Below, in pieces: positions 16,959-27,073 of a DNA stretch of 32,000 nt (position 1 is its first letter; the number at the start of each line of letters is the position of its first letter). Source of the stretch: Candidatus Saccharimonadota bacterium (lineage in GTDB: Bacteria > Patescibacteriota > Patescibacteriia > 2-12-FULL-60-25); the NCBI GenBank assembly GCA_023898425.1, contig CP060222.1, positions 900,001 to 932,000 of the forward strand, in the 5' to 3' direction. The position numbers and the translations under genes are program-made. Under the pieces are notes generated by a model, which was not told the DNA's origin, did not search any database, and saw only the letters and a program-made list of their open reading frames with translations.

Positions 16959-16966
16959 CTCTCTTT

Positions 16967-17668
16967 TTATTGCTGTGTACTTGTCGCTGTTAATGCACGC
17001 TCATACATCACACGCCTTACCTCTACCGTCTCTGAACCACGACGACGTTTGGCGGTAATAACCAACATCGTTGTTCCTTGTGGAATACGAATAGTTTGTT
17101 CAAAATCCCCGTCAGGCGAAACCGCTGCTGCTGCGCCATTGATCATCACCAATGCACCGACATCCGTTTTACCTTTAATAAATACTTCCGGCTGATCAAG
17201 CCTCGCACCATCGATAGGCGTTACAATTTGTAGCTCAGGCGCGCTTGTAATGGTGCGTGCTTGATACACAACATATCCGCCAAGCGCCAAAATAAAGAGA
17301 GCAAATCCTGCTGCGGCAAATAAACGTGGCGTAACAAGAAAAGCGCTAGCGGCTACTTTTACCGGTCGAGGTAAAAATTGCGAGGCGTCTTTTTCAATTT
17401 TTCGTAACCGTAATCCATCACGGTATTTGTGTAAGTAATAACTCTCGCTTACACCAAAACGCGAGACATACATTTTTAATAATCGCTCTACGTATGCAGG
17501 ATCTGGTAACTCTGACCAACGTTCGCCTTCGAGCGCACGAATAAAACCAGGGGTCAGCTTTGAAAGCTTGGCTGCTTCTTCGACGCTTAATCCCGCGCGC
17601 TCACGTAACTCAATAAGATCTGGACCAAGCGCTGCTGTTCCGTTTACTTTTTTTAAGATAAAAGCCAT
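16967..17668 (-). CDS. RodZ-like helix-turn-helix membrane protein
   Basis: N-terminal HTH (LRERAGLSVEEAAKLSKLTPGFIRALEG), a single TM segment (LFAAAGFALFILALGGYVVY), and an extracytoplasmic C-terminal domain. Confidence 0.6.
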   Translation of the reverse strand: MAFILKKVNGTAALGPDLIELRERAGLSVEEAAKLSKLTPGFIRALEGERWSELPDPAYVERLLKMYVSRFGVSESYYLHKYRDGLRLRKIEKDASQFLPRPVKVAASAFLVTPRLFAAAGFALFILALGGYVVYQARTITSAPELQIVTPIDGARLDQPEVFIKGKTDVGALVMINGAAAAVSPDGDFEQTIRIPQGTTMLVITAKRRRGSETVEVRRVMYERALTATSTQQ

Positions 17669-17671
17669 AGA

Positions 17672-19990
17672 TTAGAATCCTTCTTCGTCACCGTCATCAT
17701 CTGTATTCATGTCCATCGTCGCTGCGGTAGCGGCAACGGCTGCTGACAATGCTGGATCTTGAGTGCGCGTAAATTCTGCCTGCAAAATCTCACGTGGTTT
17801 TGCACCATCTGATGGACCAATGAAGCCCTCTTCTTCTAAGAGGTCGAGAATACGTGCGGCGCGTGCATACCCAACCTTAAGACGACGTTGTAACAATGAC
17901 GCGGATGCTTTACCAGCGCGTAAAATCTCTTCTTTTGCTAAATCAATTAATGGATCTGAGTCTGCCTCGTCGCTTCCCCCACCTCCAAAAGCAGTAGCAT
18001 TTGCCGAAGGACGTTCGGTAACTGTGTAATCATAATCAACCGGTTCATAATGTGATTTTACAAACTCAACAACTTTTGCGATTTCAGCTTCTGAGACAAA
18101 GGAGCCTTGAATACGCTTAGGCATTGGCAACTCTGCCGTCGACAATAACATATCACCACGACCAAGAAGTTTTTCTGCACCTTGTTGATCAAGAATGGTG
18201 CGAGAGTCTGTTGCGGAGGCGACGGCAAAGGCAATACGACCAGGGATATTTGCTTTGATCAAACCCGTAATAACATCAACCGAAGGACGCTGTGTTGCCA
18301 GAATCAAGTGAATACCGACTGCGCGTGACATTTGAGCCAAACGTACAATAGGACCTTCAACTTCTGCAGCAGACGTCACCATGAGATCAGCCAACTCATC
18401 AATGATGATGACGATATATGGCATCTTTTCTTGAGCATAGCGTTGGTTAAACGTCGCTAAGTCACGGACGCCTTTTTGTGCCAAAAGATCATAACGACGA
18501 TCCATCTCACGCAATGCCCATTTGAGTGCGTTTACCGTTTCTGGGACCTTGGTGATAACCGGTGTGAGCAAGTGTGGAATACCGTTATAGTTTTGTAACT
18601 CAACACGTTTTGGATCAACCATGATGAGTTTTACATCATCAGGACCAAGTCCAAAGAGGTACGACATGATAATCGTATTGAGACAAACAGACTTACCAGA
18701 ACCTGTTGCACCAGCTACCAGCATATGCGGCATACGGATCAAGTCCGCTACCCATGGCTTGCCTGAAACGTCTTTACCCAAAACAAAGGTAAGTGGGCTT
18801 TTACGTTCTTTAAATTCTTTTGAATCGATAAGCTCACGTAAGCCAACTGTAGCGATAGTTTGATTTGGCACTTCGACACCGACCATCGATTTGCCTGGGA
18901 TCGGTGCTTCGATACGAATAGGATGCGCCGCCAAGGCGAGAGCTAAATCATTATGTAATGCCGTAATTCGCGAAAGCTTAATCCCTTCTGATGGTTTAAA
19001 GGCAAATTGCGTCACAGTAGGACCTACTGATACTTCGTTCATCTCAACAGGGATACCAAAGTTTTCGAGCGTGCGACGAATCACTTCGCGATTATGAACA
19101 ATATCCCCTGCTTGAGGGCGTGAATCACGTTTTTCAAGTAAATCTGGCGTGACTTCGATAAGTGGCTGTCTACGACGTTTTGTCTTTACAGGAGCCGCTT
19201 CATCATCTTCTACATCTTCATCCTCCTCTTCGGATTCTTCTTCGTCTGATTCTTCCTCCTCATCACTCTCCTCTTCTTCCTCTTCATCAATAGCCTCCTC
19301 CTCTTCTAAGTCGTCGCTTGGCTCTTCTTCGACAGCTTCTTCTGAATCATACAAGTTATAAACCGTCTTATCTGCTTGTTCGCGTGCTTCTGATCTTGCT
19401 TTTATCCAGTGGATAATTGGTAAAACCATGGCACGACAAAGCGCCGCGATAGACTTCCAAATTACATCAATAACAAAGAGTAGCTGTTTGAGCGAAACAT
19501 TAAATCCTAGCAAAAGTGACAAGATAAAGAGTGCAAAAAAGACAATGATTGCTCCAGCACTCCCAAGCATCCCAACAAATGGGTCTGCTAACATCATGCC
19601 GAGTTTACCGCCCGCATTCATTAATGCGCTGTCAGCAATAGGCAATGTGCCTTGATCGGCAAACGTAATAACATGAATAAGTGGATTTAATGAAAGAAAA
19701 ACTAACAAGAATCCAATGACATTACGAAAATGCAGCACAAGACGATCCGGAGCAAGAATGTGATACATCCAAGCAAACAACAAAAAGGGCACAAAAAGCT
19801 TATCCCAACCAAAAACATAGGCCATTGCCTCGCTTAAAGCGCGACCAAATGCACCTGCAAAATCAAAAAAACCCAATAACATCAGGGTTGATAATGCAAA
19901 CAAGAAAACAAACCCGACAGCCTTGCGTGTATCGGGGTCTAACGACAAATCAAGAGATTGCTTCCTTCTTCTGGCCATGGTTGTGCTCAT
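17672..19990 (-). CDS. ftsK: DNA translocase FtsK
   Basis: Walker A GATGSGKS, Walker B IIIDELADLM, and a gamma-domain-like LLQRRLKVGYARAARILDLLEEEGFIGP. N-terminal TM segments. Start at 19990 or 19978; the track start at 20056 overlaps the ugd promoter. Confidence 0.9.
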   Translation of the reverse strand: MSTTMARRRKQSLDLSLDPDTRKAVGFVFLFALSTLMLLGFFDFAGAFGRALSEAMAYVFGWDKLFVPFLLFAWMYHILAPDRLVLHFRNVIGFLLVFLSLNPLIHVITFADQGTLPIADSALMNAGGKLGMMLADPFVGMLGSAGAIIVFFALFILSLLLGFNVSLKQLLFVIDVIWKSIAALCRAMVLPIIHWIKARSEAREQADKTVYNLYDSEEAVEEEPSDDLEEEEAIDEEEEEESDEEEESDEEESEEEDEDVEDDEAAPVKTKRRRQPLIEVTPDLLEKRDSRPQAGDIVHNREVIRRTLENFGIPVEMNEVSVGPTVTQFAFKPSEGIKLSRITALHNDLALALAAHPIRIEAPIPGKSMVGVEVPNQTIATVGLRELIDSKEFKERKSPLTFVLGKDVSGKPWVADLIRMPHMLVAGATGSGKSVCLNTIIMSYLFGLGPDDVKLIMVDPKRVELQNYNGIPHLLTPVITKVPETVNALKWALREMDRRYDLLAQKGVRDLATFNQRYAQEKMPYIVIIIDELADLMVTSAAEVEGPIVRLAQMSRAVGIHLILATQRPSVDVITGLIKANIPGRIAFAVASATDSRTILDQQGAEKLLGRGDMLLSTAELPMPKRIQGSFVSEAEIAKVVEFVKSHYEPVDYDYTVTERPSANATAFGGGGSDEADSDPLIDLAKEEILRAGKASASLLQRRLKVGYARAARILDLLEEEGFIGPSDGAKPREILQAEFTRTQDPALSAAVAATAATMDMNTDDDGDEEGF

Positions 19991-20067
19991 CCTAACACAA
20001 AAGGTGTTCAGAGAAAAAGCTCCTTGAACCTTGTCATTTATCGGCACTCCCTGCACTATAATGTTCT

Positions 20068-21363
20068 ATGAGAATCGCTGTTATCGGTACAGGATATGTA
20101 GGACTTGTCTCTGGGACCTGTTTTGCTGAAATTGGTCATGATGTTATCTGTCTCGACACCGATGCCGGCAAGATTGAGAAATTAAAAAAAGGAATCATTC
20201 CTATTCATGAAGAAAGTTTAGAGGAGATGGTGGTTCGCCACCAAACGCATGGCACACTTTCTTTTACCACCGACTATACCGAAGCACTCACTAATGCAGA
20301 AGTGATCTTAATTGCGGTCGGCACGCCCGCATCTTCTGATGGCGCTGCTGATCTTCGATTTGTTTTTCAGGTTGCTGAAGAAATTGGCAAACAGCTCACA
20401 GGCTATGCCGTTATCGTTGATAAGTCGACGGTACCCGTTGGAACAGCCGAGCAAGTAAAAACCATCATTGCCAAAAATACCCAACAATCTTTTGATGTTG
20501 TTTCAAATCCTGAGATCTTGCGAGAAGGCGTTGCTGTGAACGACTTTATGAATCCTTCTCGCGTTATTATTGGTTCAGATTCAAATAAAGCGACCGCGAT
20601 CATGCTTGAGCTTTATGCTCCGCTCTCATGCCAGAAACTCGTTATGTCACCACGTTCTGCTGAGCTTACAAAATATGCCGCAAACTCCTTTATCGCCACA
20701 AAAATCAGCTATATAAACGAACTCGCACGCTTAGCCGAAAAAGTAGGTGCCTCTATTGAAGAAGTTGCTTTAGGTATTGGCACGGACCCACGTATTGGCA
20801 TGGGATCACTACGTCCAGGCCCAGGCTGGGGCGGATCGTGTTTTCCAAAAGACGTAAAAGCGCTGATACATATGGCGCATGAGCAAGATATGGATTTACC
20901 TATTATCGAGGCGGCACATCATTCAAATATCACCATGCGCGAACATGTGGTAAAACGTCTCGAAAAAGCGCTCGATGGACTTTCAGGTAAAACGATTGGC
21001 GTCTTGGGTATTGCGTTTAAAAATAATACCGATGATATTCGTGAATCACCGGCAATTGATATTATGAAACATCTCGTGTTTCGTGGCGCGATGGTTAAAG
21101 CGTTTGATCCAATAGCTGCTCGCGGTGAAGATGAACATAATCAGGTCTTCGCGCGAGTTATTTCTCCAGAGGTGGCAGCACAAGATGTAGACGCACTCAT
21201 TATCGCCACTGAATGGGAAGAATTTAAACAGCTAGATCTCGTAAAGATAGCAGAAGTAATGCGAGGCAAGGTGCTTTTTGACGCACGTAATATGCTACAA
21301 GCAAACGATAAGCGTTTAGATGCGTTCGACTACTACCGTATTGGTCACGACAAACTCCAATAA
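20068..21363 (+). CDS. ugd: UDP-glucose 6-dehydrogenase
   Basis: 431 aa with the Rossmann motif IAVIGTGYVGLVSG and the catalytic-Cys motif GGSCFPKD. Confidence 0.85.
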   Translation: MRIAVIGTGYVGLVSGTCFAEIGHDVICLDTDAGKIEKLKKGIIPIHEESLEEMVVRHQTHGTLSFTTDYTEALTNAEVILIAVGTPASSDGAADLRFVFQVAEEIGKQLTGYAVIVDKSTVPVGTAEQVKTIIAKNTQQSFDVVSNPEILREGVAVNDFMNPSRVIIGSDSNKATAIMLELYAPLSCQKLVMSPRSAELTKYAANSFIATKISYINELARLAEKVGASIEEVALGIGTDPRIGMGSLRPGPGWGGSCFPKDVKALIHMAHEQDMDLPIIEAAHHSNITMREHVVKRLEKALDGLSGKTIGVLGIAFKNNTDDIRESPAIDIMKHLVFRGAMVKAFDPIAARGEDEHNQVFARVISPEVAAQDVDALIIATEWEEFKQLDLVKIAEVMRGKVLFDARNMLQANDKRLDAFDYYRIGHDKLQ

Positions 21364-22259
21364 TCCATCAAATCTTTTAAGCCTTTTTCAAAATTCATAC
21401 TCGGCGTCCAGCCGAGTTTTTCTTTTGTCTCGGTGATATCCGCTAACGAATCCGCTGGATCGCCTTTACCTCGTGGGTTTTCGAGATGAATACTCTCCCC
21501 TCCCATTGTTTCTGCCACCGTGTTTACGGTAAACGATTGTCCAGACCCAATATTAAATACTTCGCCACCTTTCATCTGTTCTGAGCTCATTGCGGCAATA
21601 TTTGCTTTCGCGATATCTGTTACATGAATAAAATCACGCGTTTGTTTACCATCACCAAAAATGGACATTGGCTTACCGGCGCGTTTCTGACCAGCAAAAA
21701 TAGAGATTACATTTACATAAGCACCAACCTCCGCCATGCGAGGGCCGTACGCATTAAAATAACGCAAGCTTACAATCGGTAGATTGAATAGCGTAGAAAA
21801 CTGCTTTGCATATAACTCCCCAATAAACTTGTGTAATGCGTAGGGATTTAAAGGATCTGCTTTTGCGCTTGTCGTTGTTGGTAGCATTGTTGGATTACCA
21901 TATACCGCTGCAGATGAACTAAAGACAACACGCTTAACACCCGCGTCACTCGCGGCTTTAAACACATTTAACGTACCATTTACGTTTACTTCGTGTGTCT
22001 TTATTGGATCCTCGATTGATAATGTAACGCTCGGGTAAGCTGCAAGATGAAAAACTCCATCAATACCTACAAACGCAGGTTGGATGGCAGAAAGATCACA
22101 AATATCCGCTTCAAAAAGTTCTACGCCTTCTGCAAGATTTTCGTGTTTGCCAGTAGAAAAATTATCAAGCACACGAACACGATGACCTTGCTGTAAAAGC
22201 TGCTCACAAATATGCGAACCAATAAAACCGGCCCCACCGGTTACGAGATAATGTGACAT
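21345..22259 (-). CDS. NAD-dependent epimerase/dehydratase (GalE / UDP-sugar 4-epimerase family)
   Basis: 304 aa with VTGGAGFIGSH and YxxxK (YALHK). Convergent 19-nt overlap with ugd. Confidence 0.8.
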   Translation of the reverse strand: MSHYLVTGGAGFIGSHICEQLLQQGHRVRVLDNFSTGKHENLAEGVELFEADICDLSAIQPAFVGIDGVFHLAAYPSVTLSIEDPIKTHEVNVNGTLNVFKAASDAGVKRVVFSSSAAVYGNPTMLPTTTSAKADPLNPYALHKFIGELYAKQFSTLFNLPIVSLRYFNAYGPRMAEVGAYVNVISIFAGQKRAGKPMSIFGDGKQTRDFIHVTDIAKANIAAMSSEQMKGGEVFNIGSGQSFTVNTVAETMGGESIHLENPRGKGDPADSLADITETKEKLGWTPSMNFEKGLKDLMDYWSLS

Positions 22260-22315
22260 GAATTGAGTATAAAGATCGCGTTGACAAGCAACAAGTTTCA
22301 GATAACGGAGTATAT

Positions 22316-23518
22316 ATGACCTTTGCTCAATTTAGCGGGCATCTTTTGCTCGCGTTTTTACTTGGTGTTTCATTTGCCGCCTTTAGTAATGTGCTGATGG
22401 TTACCGGTATTTGTTGCTGCTTAGCTCTTTATATATTTCTTTTTCGTATCGAATCTACACACCTTATTGGGTTACTCCTTTGTTGTTGTTTAGGTATTTG
22501 GCGATTTGAATCAGCATCACTTGGAGTAAAAAATCTTGTTCCTTTTAAGAGCACGTCTCTTTCAACAAGTGCATGCGTACAAAATACAACGGATATTCCT
22601 GTGATCGTTGCTTTGAGGACATCTCTTAGCGACCGCATACAAAAACGATTACCGGGCGACGAAGGAGCATTACTCGCTGGAACACTCTATGGCGAGCGTG
22701 GCTTAAGTAGCGAAATGAAGCTCGCATTTCGGAATGCTGGTATGACACATCTCGTTGCTGTAAGTGGGTCAAACCTTTCTATTATTGCTGCTGCATTGTT
22801 TTCTCTACTTGGTGGACTCGCTCTACACAAACGATCGATGGTAGGTCTTTTGTTCTGCGTCATTGTGTTGTTTATTCTTTTTGTTGGGTTGCAAGCACCG
22901 GTTGTACGCGCTGGCATTATGGCAATACTTTCAGCCGCTGCCCCTCTCACGGGACGTTTTGCAAATGGTCCACGTCTCCTTTTGGTTTCGTGTGCGCTTT
23001 TTGTGTTCTTTCGTCCTTGCGCACTCTTCTTTGATCCGGCTTTTGCCTTATCGTTTTTTGCTACCTGGGGACTTATGTCTTATGGAGCAGCGCTTAATAA
23101 AAAACTTGAACCCTATTTCAAAATAACCCTACTTCGCTCACTCTTTGCAGAGTCAACTGCTGCATCGCTTATGACCATGCCATATGCGGCTTGGGCATTT
23201 GGGCAAGTGAGTTTACTTGGCCTTATAAGCAATCTTTTTGCTGTGCCTATTGTGCCTTGGGCGATGAGTCTTGGCTCGCTTTGTCTACTATTACCCGAAT
23301 GGACGCATAGTTGCACGGCAGCAAAAGGATCGCTAAGCGCTATGCTTTGGATTGCGAAACTCGCAGACACATTACCTTATGGTGTTTGGCAGAAAGTTCT
23401 TTTTCGTACACCGAGTTTATTGATCGTGATGGGCATTCTGATCTTTTATGCACAAAAACTTTCACGTCGTCATGTGGATAACGAGGCGGACGATACTTTC
23501 ATGTCTCCCCTCGCGTGA
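22316..23518 (+). CDS. comEC: ComEC/Rec2-family competence channel protein (short form)
   Basis: 400 aa, polytopic, with the GMTHLVAVSGSNLSI motif of the competence domain. Confidence 0.7.
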   Translation: MTFAQFSGHLLLAFLLGVSFAAFSNVLMVTGICCCLALYIFLFRIESTHLIGLLLCCCLGIWRFESASLGVKNLVPFKSTSLSTSACVQNTTDIPVIVALRTSLSDRIQKRLPGDEGALLAGTLYGERGLSSEMKLAFRNAGMTHLVAVSGSNLSIIAAALFSLLGGLALHKRSMVGLLFCVIVLFILFVGLQAPVVRAGIMAILSAAAPLTGRFANGPRLLLVSCALFVFFRPCALFFDPAFALSFFATWGLMSYGAALNKKLEPYFKITLLRSLFAESTAASLMTMPYAAWAFGQVSLLGLISNLFAVPIVPWAMSLGSLCLLLPEWTHSCTAAKGSLSAMLWIAKLADTLPYGVWQKVLFRTPSLLIVMGILIFYAQKLSRRHVDNEADDTFMSPLA

Positions 23519-23991
23519 CAATAATTCATCACGACAGACATATGCATAATGACTAGGTGTTTTTCTTATCTCCTTACATTTTTGTCTGCTTTTTTAATAC
23601 GCTCTATCGTTAAATAGCGGTCGTGAGACCTCGCAAACACAATAGCAAATCTATTTTTTTACTCATCGCTGGTAGTGCGTGACCTGGGATATAACCGGCC
23701 TAGAATCATGCGGCGTCTTGGATACGTCTGGGACGCATATCGTTGCACGAGGAGTAAAAACAAATGATGGAGCACATTATCTATCACCAACCACTCAGCT
23801 CTGAAACTTTCAGCGTTGATGTTGTGTCATAATGATGTGTTGACCTCGGTCTCTTCATTTGGTGGTGCCGTGCCGGAGGGTAGCGAACCTGACCCCGCTA
23901 CCCTCCGACGCGCACAACTGCGGCGTTATTGTCGATATGCTCGTGACTAGTAGCGATCATTTCGGCAATAACGCCATCAAGGAGAATTGTT

Positions 23992-24612
23992 ATGCGTAAC
24001 CTTTGTTTGTTTATTTCTTGCGCTCTCTTGTTTGTGTTTGGTTGTGAAACTCCAAACGCCGCCACCTTTCGTACTCCCATTCTTGATGGAGATGCAGGTA
24101 ATACCGACATCCCCGCCTCTTGGGAGGGTGACTGGACCTGGGAAGAAGATGACATCGCTCTGGATCTGGGTGTTGTTTATCATGACACCCCTCAAGACGC
24201 AGGGACTCAAGAAGCCCCTATGCAAAACTGTGTGAGCGGCACTCGTTTGGATGGCCAAATGCGTGTATCAGTGAGCTCGGGGCTTATCCCAAACTGCATG
24301 CAAGGCCACATCATTCATTTGTGGGGTCCACAAGGTGAAGAATATCTTTCGGAGCCAGATCATACGCTCACAGTTTCAGTGAATGATCCCTGGCAAGGCT
24401 GGGTCGCCTTTACCGTAACTTGCGGCGATAGCTGGGAATCCGTTATTGATTGGTCAACGGTTGAAGACAGCGATCTCGTTGGACGCGGTCTACTCGCTGT
24501 CACAAGTGACGGTGTTGATCTGACGCCTTATATCAAACTTTGTCCGTCGGCGGTCGACTCAACCATTCTTCAGCCACGGATACCGCTTACATGTGGTTTC
24601 GAACCTTGTTAA
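23992..24612 (+). CDS. putative lipoprotein (206 aa), orphan
   Basis: Signal peptide with lipobox (LLFVFGC). AAGGAG SD at 23979-23984. G+C visibly higher than the neighbours. Confidence 0.6.
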   Translation: MRNLCLFISCALLFVFGCETPNAATFRTPILDGDAGNTDIPASWEGDWTWEEDDIALDLGVVYHDTPQDAGTQEAPMQNCVSGTRLDGQMRVSVSSGLIPNCMQGHIIHLWGPQGEEYLSEPDHTLTVSVNDPWQGWVAFTVTCGDSWESVIDWSTVEDSDLVGRGLLAVTSDGVDLTPYIKLCPSAVDSTILQPRIPLTCGFEPC

Positions 24613-24630
24613 CCTCATATCTCATCTTAA

Positions 24631-24670
24631 AAGCCCCTCCGTTTACGCCTGTAACGGCGGGGCTTTTCTT
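24631..24670 (+). terminator. intrinsic terminator after lipoprotein gene
   Basis: AAGCCCCTCCGTT / AACGGCGGGGCTT stem followed by TTCTTC. Confidence 0.6.
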
Positions 24671-24746
24671 CATTCATCCACAGGTAACACTTTACACTCC
24701 TTTTCATTCATCCTATCGTATAGAACATAAACAGAACACTTTATCT

Positions 24747-25832
24747 ATGGCCAAAAAAACAACAACCGACGAAAGCTCCGGTAAAAAAGCAGCTATCTCA
24801 GGCGCAATCGACCAAATCAAAGAAAAATTTGGCGAAGGCTCCATCATGAAACTTGGTGAGGCACGCAAAATGCAGGTAGAAGCTATCCCAACAGGCTGTC
24901 TCTCTATCGATATGGCGCTTGGTGTACTCGGTGTACCGCGTGGACGTATTGTAGAAATCTACGGACCTGAATCATCTGGTAAAACAACGCTCGCTCAACA
25001 TATTATTGCCGAAGCACAAAAGCGTGGTGGCGTTGCTGCCTTTGTTGATGCAGAACATGCTCTCGATCCAGATTATGCACGTAAAATTGGTGTAGACGTA
25101 GACAACCTTCTTATCTCTCAACCAGATAATGGTGAGCAAGCGCTCGACATTGTAGAAACCTTGGTTCGCTCAAATGCTATTGATGTTATCGTTATCGACT
25201 CCGTAGCAGCACTTACACCAAAAGCTGAAATTGATGGTGAAATGGGTGATTCGCATATGGGCTTACATGCTCGTTTGATGAGCCAAGCCCTTCGTAAGCT
25301 CACAGCTATTGTATCAAGATCAAATACAACGGTTATCTTTATTAACCAAATTCGTATGAAGATTGGCGTGATGTTTGGCAATCCAGAAACAACCACTGGT
25401 GGTAATGCGCTTAAGTTCTATTCTTCCTTACGTATTGAGATTCGTCGTGCAGCACAAATCAAACTAGGAGATAAAATTATCGGTAATCACGTAAAGGTAA
25501 AAGTTGTTAAAAACAAAGTCGCAGCACCTTTCCGCACCTGTGAATTTGATATCATGTATAACGAAGGCATTTCGCTCGCGGGTGATATCTTGGACGTTGG
25601 TACTGAGCTTGGCGTTATTCAAAAATCAGGTCACTCCTACTCATTTAACGGGGAAAAACTGGGTATGGGACGTGAAAACGCCAAAGCAGGATTACGTGAA
25701 CGCCCAAGCATGATCAAAGAAATTCGCGAAAAAGCCATTGCTATTTGGCAAGCATCAGAAACGGCTGTTCCTGCAAAAGCAGATCCAGACAATGACAGTG
25801 ATGAGATAGAAGAAGCTCCTCCTGAAGAATAG
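24747..25832 (+). CDS. recA: recombinase RecA
   Basis: 361 aa from the ATG at 24747. Walker [19 protein letters not shown], and loop motifs. The track ORF has a 69-codon spurious N-terminal extension. Confidence 0.95.
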   Translation: MAKKTTTDESSGKKAAISGAIDQIKEKFGEGSIMKLGEARKMQVEAIPTGCLSIDMALGVLGVPRGRIVEIYGPESSGKTTLAQHIIAEAQKRGGVAAFVDAEHALDPDYARKIGVDVDNLLISQPDNGEQALDIVETLVRSNAIDVIVIDSVAALTPKAEIDGEMGDSHMGLHARLMSQALRKLTAIVSRSNTTVIFINQIRMKIGVMFGNPETTTGGNALKFYSSLRIEIRRAAQIKLGDKIIGNHVKVKVVKNKVAAPFRTCEFDIMYNEGISLAGDILDVGTELGVIQKSGHSYSFNGEKLGMGRENAKAGLRERPSMIKEIREKAIAIWQASETAVPAKADPDNDSDEIEEAPPEE

Positions 25833-25842
25833 GCTTAGAAAA

Positions 25843-25870
25843 AACACTCCGTTGACGGAGTGTTTTGTAT
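25843..25870. terminator. bidirectional terminator between recA and ychF
   Basis: AACACTCCGT-TGA-ACGGAGTGTT flanked by an A-run and TTTGTATTT. Confidence 0.7.
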
Positions 25871-26953
25871 TTAGGCGTTTACTCTGAAGTAACACACGTC
25901 ACCATCTTGCATGACATAGTCTTTACCCTCTACACGCATGAGACCTTTTGCTTTACAGGCACTTTCGCCTCCTTCACGCGCATAGTCTTCGTAAGGAGTT
26001 ACTTCTACGCGGATAAAGTTTTTCTCAAAATCTGTGTGAATAACAGCAGCTGCTTGTGGGGCTTTTGTACCAACTTTTACTGTCCATGCTCTTGTTTCAA
26101 CTTCACCTGTGGTGAGATAGGTGATCAAACCAAGCAGTCTATAAGACTCTTTAATAAGTAGATCGAGACCAGATTCTGTTTGTCCTGCCATTTCGAGCAG
26201 CTCCTTTTTTTCTTCACCTTCTACATTCATGAGCTCCGATTCTAGCTTTACACATACCGGTACTAATAAACCCTTAAGCCCTTCGACGCGCTGCTTCCAA
26301 GAACCGTCTTGTAATTGATCTTCGTTAACGTTTACCACATAAAGCATTGGCTTCATGGTAAGTAAATGTAAATGTTTTAACATTGCCCGTTCATCATCCG
26401 TCCATTCAAGTTCGCGTAGCATCACTCCATTGTTTACGTTTTCGATACAACGTTTAACGATCGCAAACTCTAATTCTAGATCTTTTGTTTTACCGCTCTT
26501 CATCTGCTTCTCAATTGTCTGAGAACGTTTGGTGAGCTGCTCAAGATCAGCAAGAGCAAGTTCTGTATTAATAGTATCTGCATCACGAACAGGATCAATC
26601 GAACCATCGACGTGCAAAATATCGTCGTTTTCAAAAGCACGAACCACTTGAGCGATGGCATCCGTCTCGCGAATATTGGCTAAGAACTTATTGCCGAGAC
26701 CCTGGCCCTCGGCGGCGCCTTTTACCAAACCTGCAATATCAACAAACTCAATAATAGTAGGAATAATTTTTTTACTACCACTAAGCTTTGATAAAACAGC
26801 TAAGCGCTCGTCAGGTACCTCAACAACACCCACATTTGGGTCAATAGTGCAGAATGGATAGTTGGCGCAATCTACCTGTTTTTTGGTGATTGCACTAAAC
26901 ATGGTGGATTTACCGACATTTGGTAGACCGACGATACCGATTTGTAGAGCCAT
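25871..26953 (-). CDS. ychF: ribosome-binding ATPase YchF
   Basis: 360 aa with the G1 motif [12 protein letters not shown] and a conserved C-terminal TGS-like region. Confidence 0.9.
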   Translation of the reverse strand: MALQIGIVGLPNVGKSTMFSAITKKQVDCANYPFCTIDPNVGVVEVPDERLAVLSKLSGSKKIIPTIIEFVDIAGLVKGAAEGQGLGNKFLANIRETDAIAQVVRAFENDDILHVDGSIDPVRDADTINTELALADLEQLTKRSQTIEKQMKSGKTKDLELEFAIVKRCIENVNNGVMLRELEWTDDERAMLKHLHLLTMKPMLYVVNVNEDQLQDGSWKQRVEGLKGLLVPVCVKLESELMNVEGEEKKELLEMAGQTESGLDLLIKESYRLLGLITYLTTGEVETRAWTVKVGTKAPQAAAVIHTDFEKNFIRVEVTPYEDYAREGGESACKAKGLMRVEGKDYVMQDGDVCYFRVNA

Positions 26954-27034
26954 AATGTCGCGGAGCGTAGCGTTTTATGAAAAAAAAGACAAGTTTTTTG
27001 TCTTTTTTGCATAAACCTCTTCGTGAGGCCTTTA

Positions 27035-27063
27035 TTGACGAAATGGCTTATTTTTACTAGAAT
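27035..27063 (+). promoter_or_regulatory. sigma70 promoter of tig giving a near-leaderless mRNA
   Basis: TTGACG (27035-27040), 17-nt spacer, TAGAAT (27058-27063). The ATG at 27074 is only 10 nt after the -10. Confidence 0.55.
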
Positions 27064-27073
27064 CCGCGCAACT

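Larger units (their letters stand above)
9197..16960. other. GC-rich compositional island (putative horizontally acquired accessory region, type unknown)
   Basis: A sampled 60-nt line at 13021 has 37/60 G+C, versus 22/60 at 3001 in rpoC. ORFs have strong G/C third positions, and long stop-free antisense ORFs are present. Spacers are AT-rich. Island genes carry SD motifs, unlike the flanking genes. Confidence 0.7.

Noticed and set aside
9197-16960. The island as an assembly chimera or contaminating contig from a high-GC organism.
   Set aside because: The island's own spacers are AT-rich and use the same promoter grammar as the backbone. Both boundaries fall in intergenic DNA with shared bidirectional terminators. 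I cannot exclude a chimera without read data, so a junction-spanning read check is listed under the island finding.
19195-19335. Glu/Asp/Ser low-complexity run in FtsK (EEEPSDDLEEEEAIDEEEEEESDEEEESDEEESEEEDEDVEDDE).
   Set aside because: The FtsK linker between the membrane and motor domains is known to be variable and low-complexity, so it needs no separate explanation.
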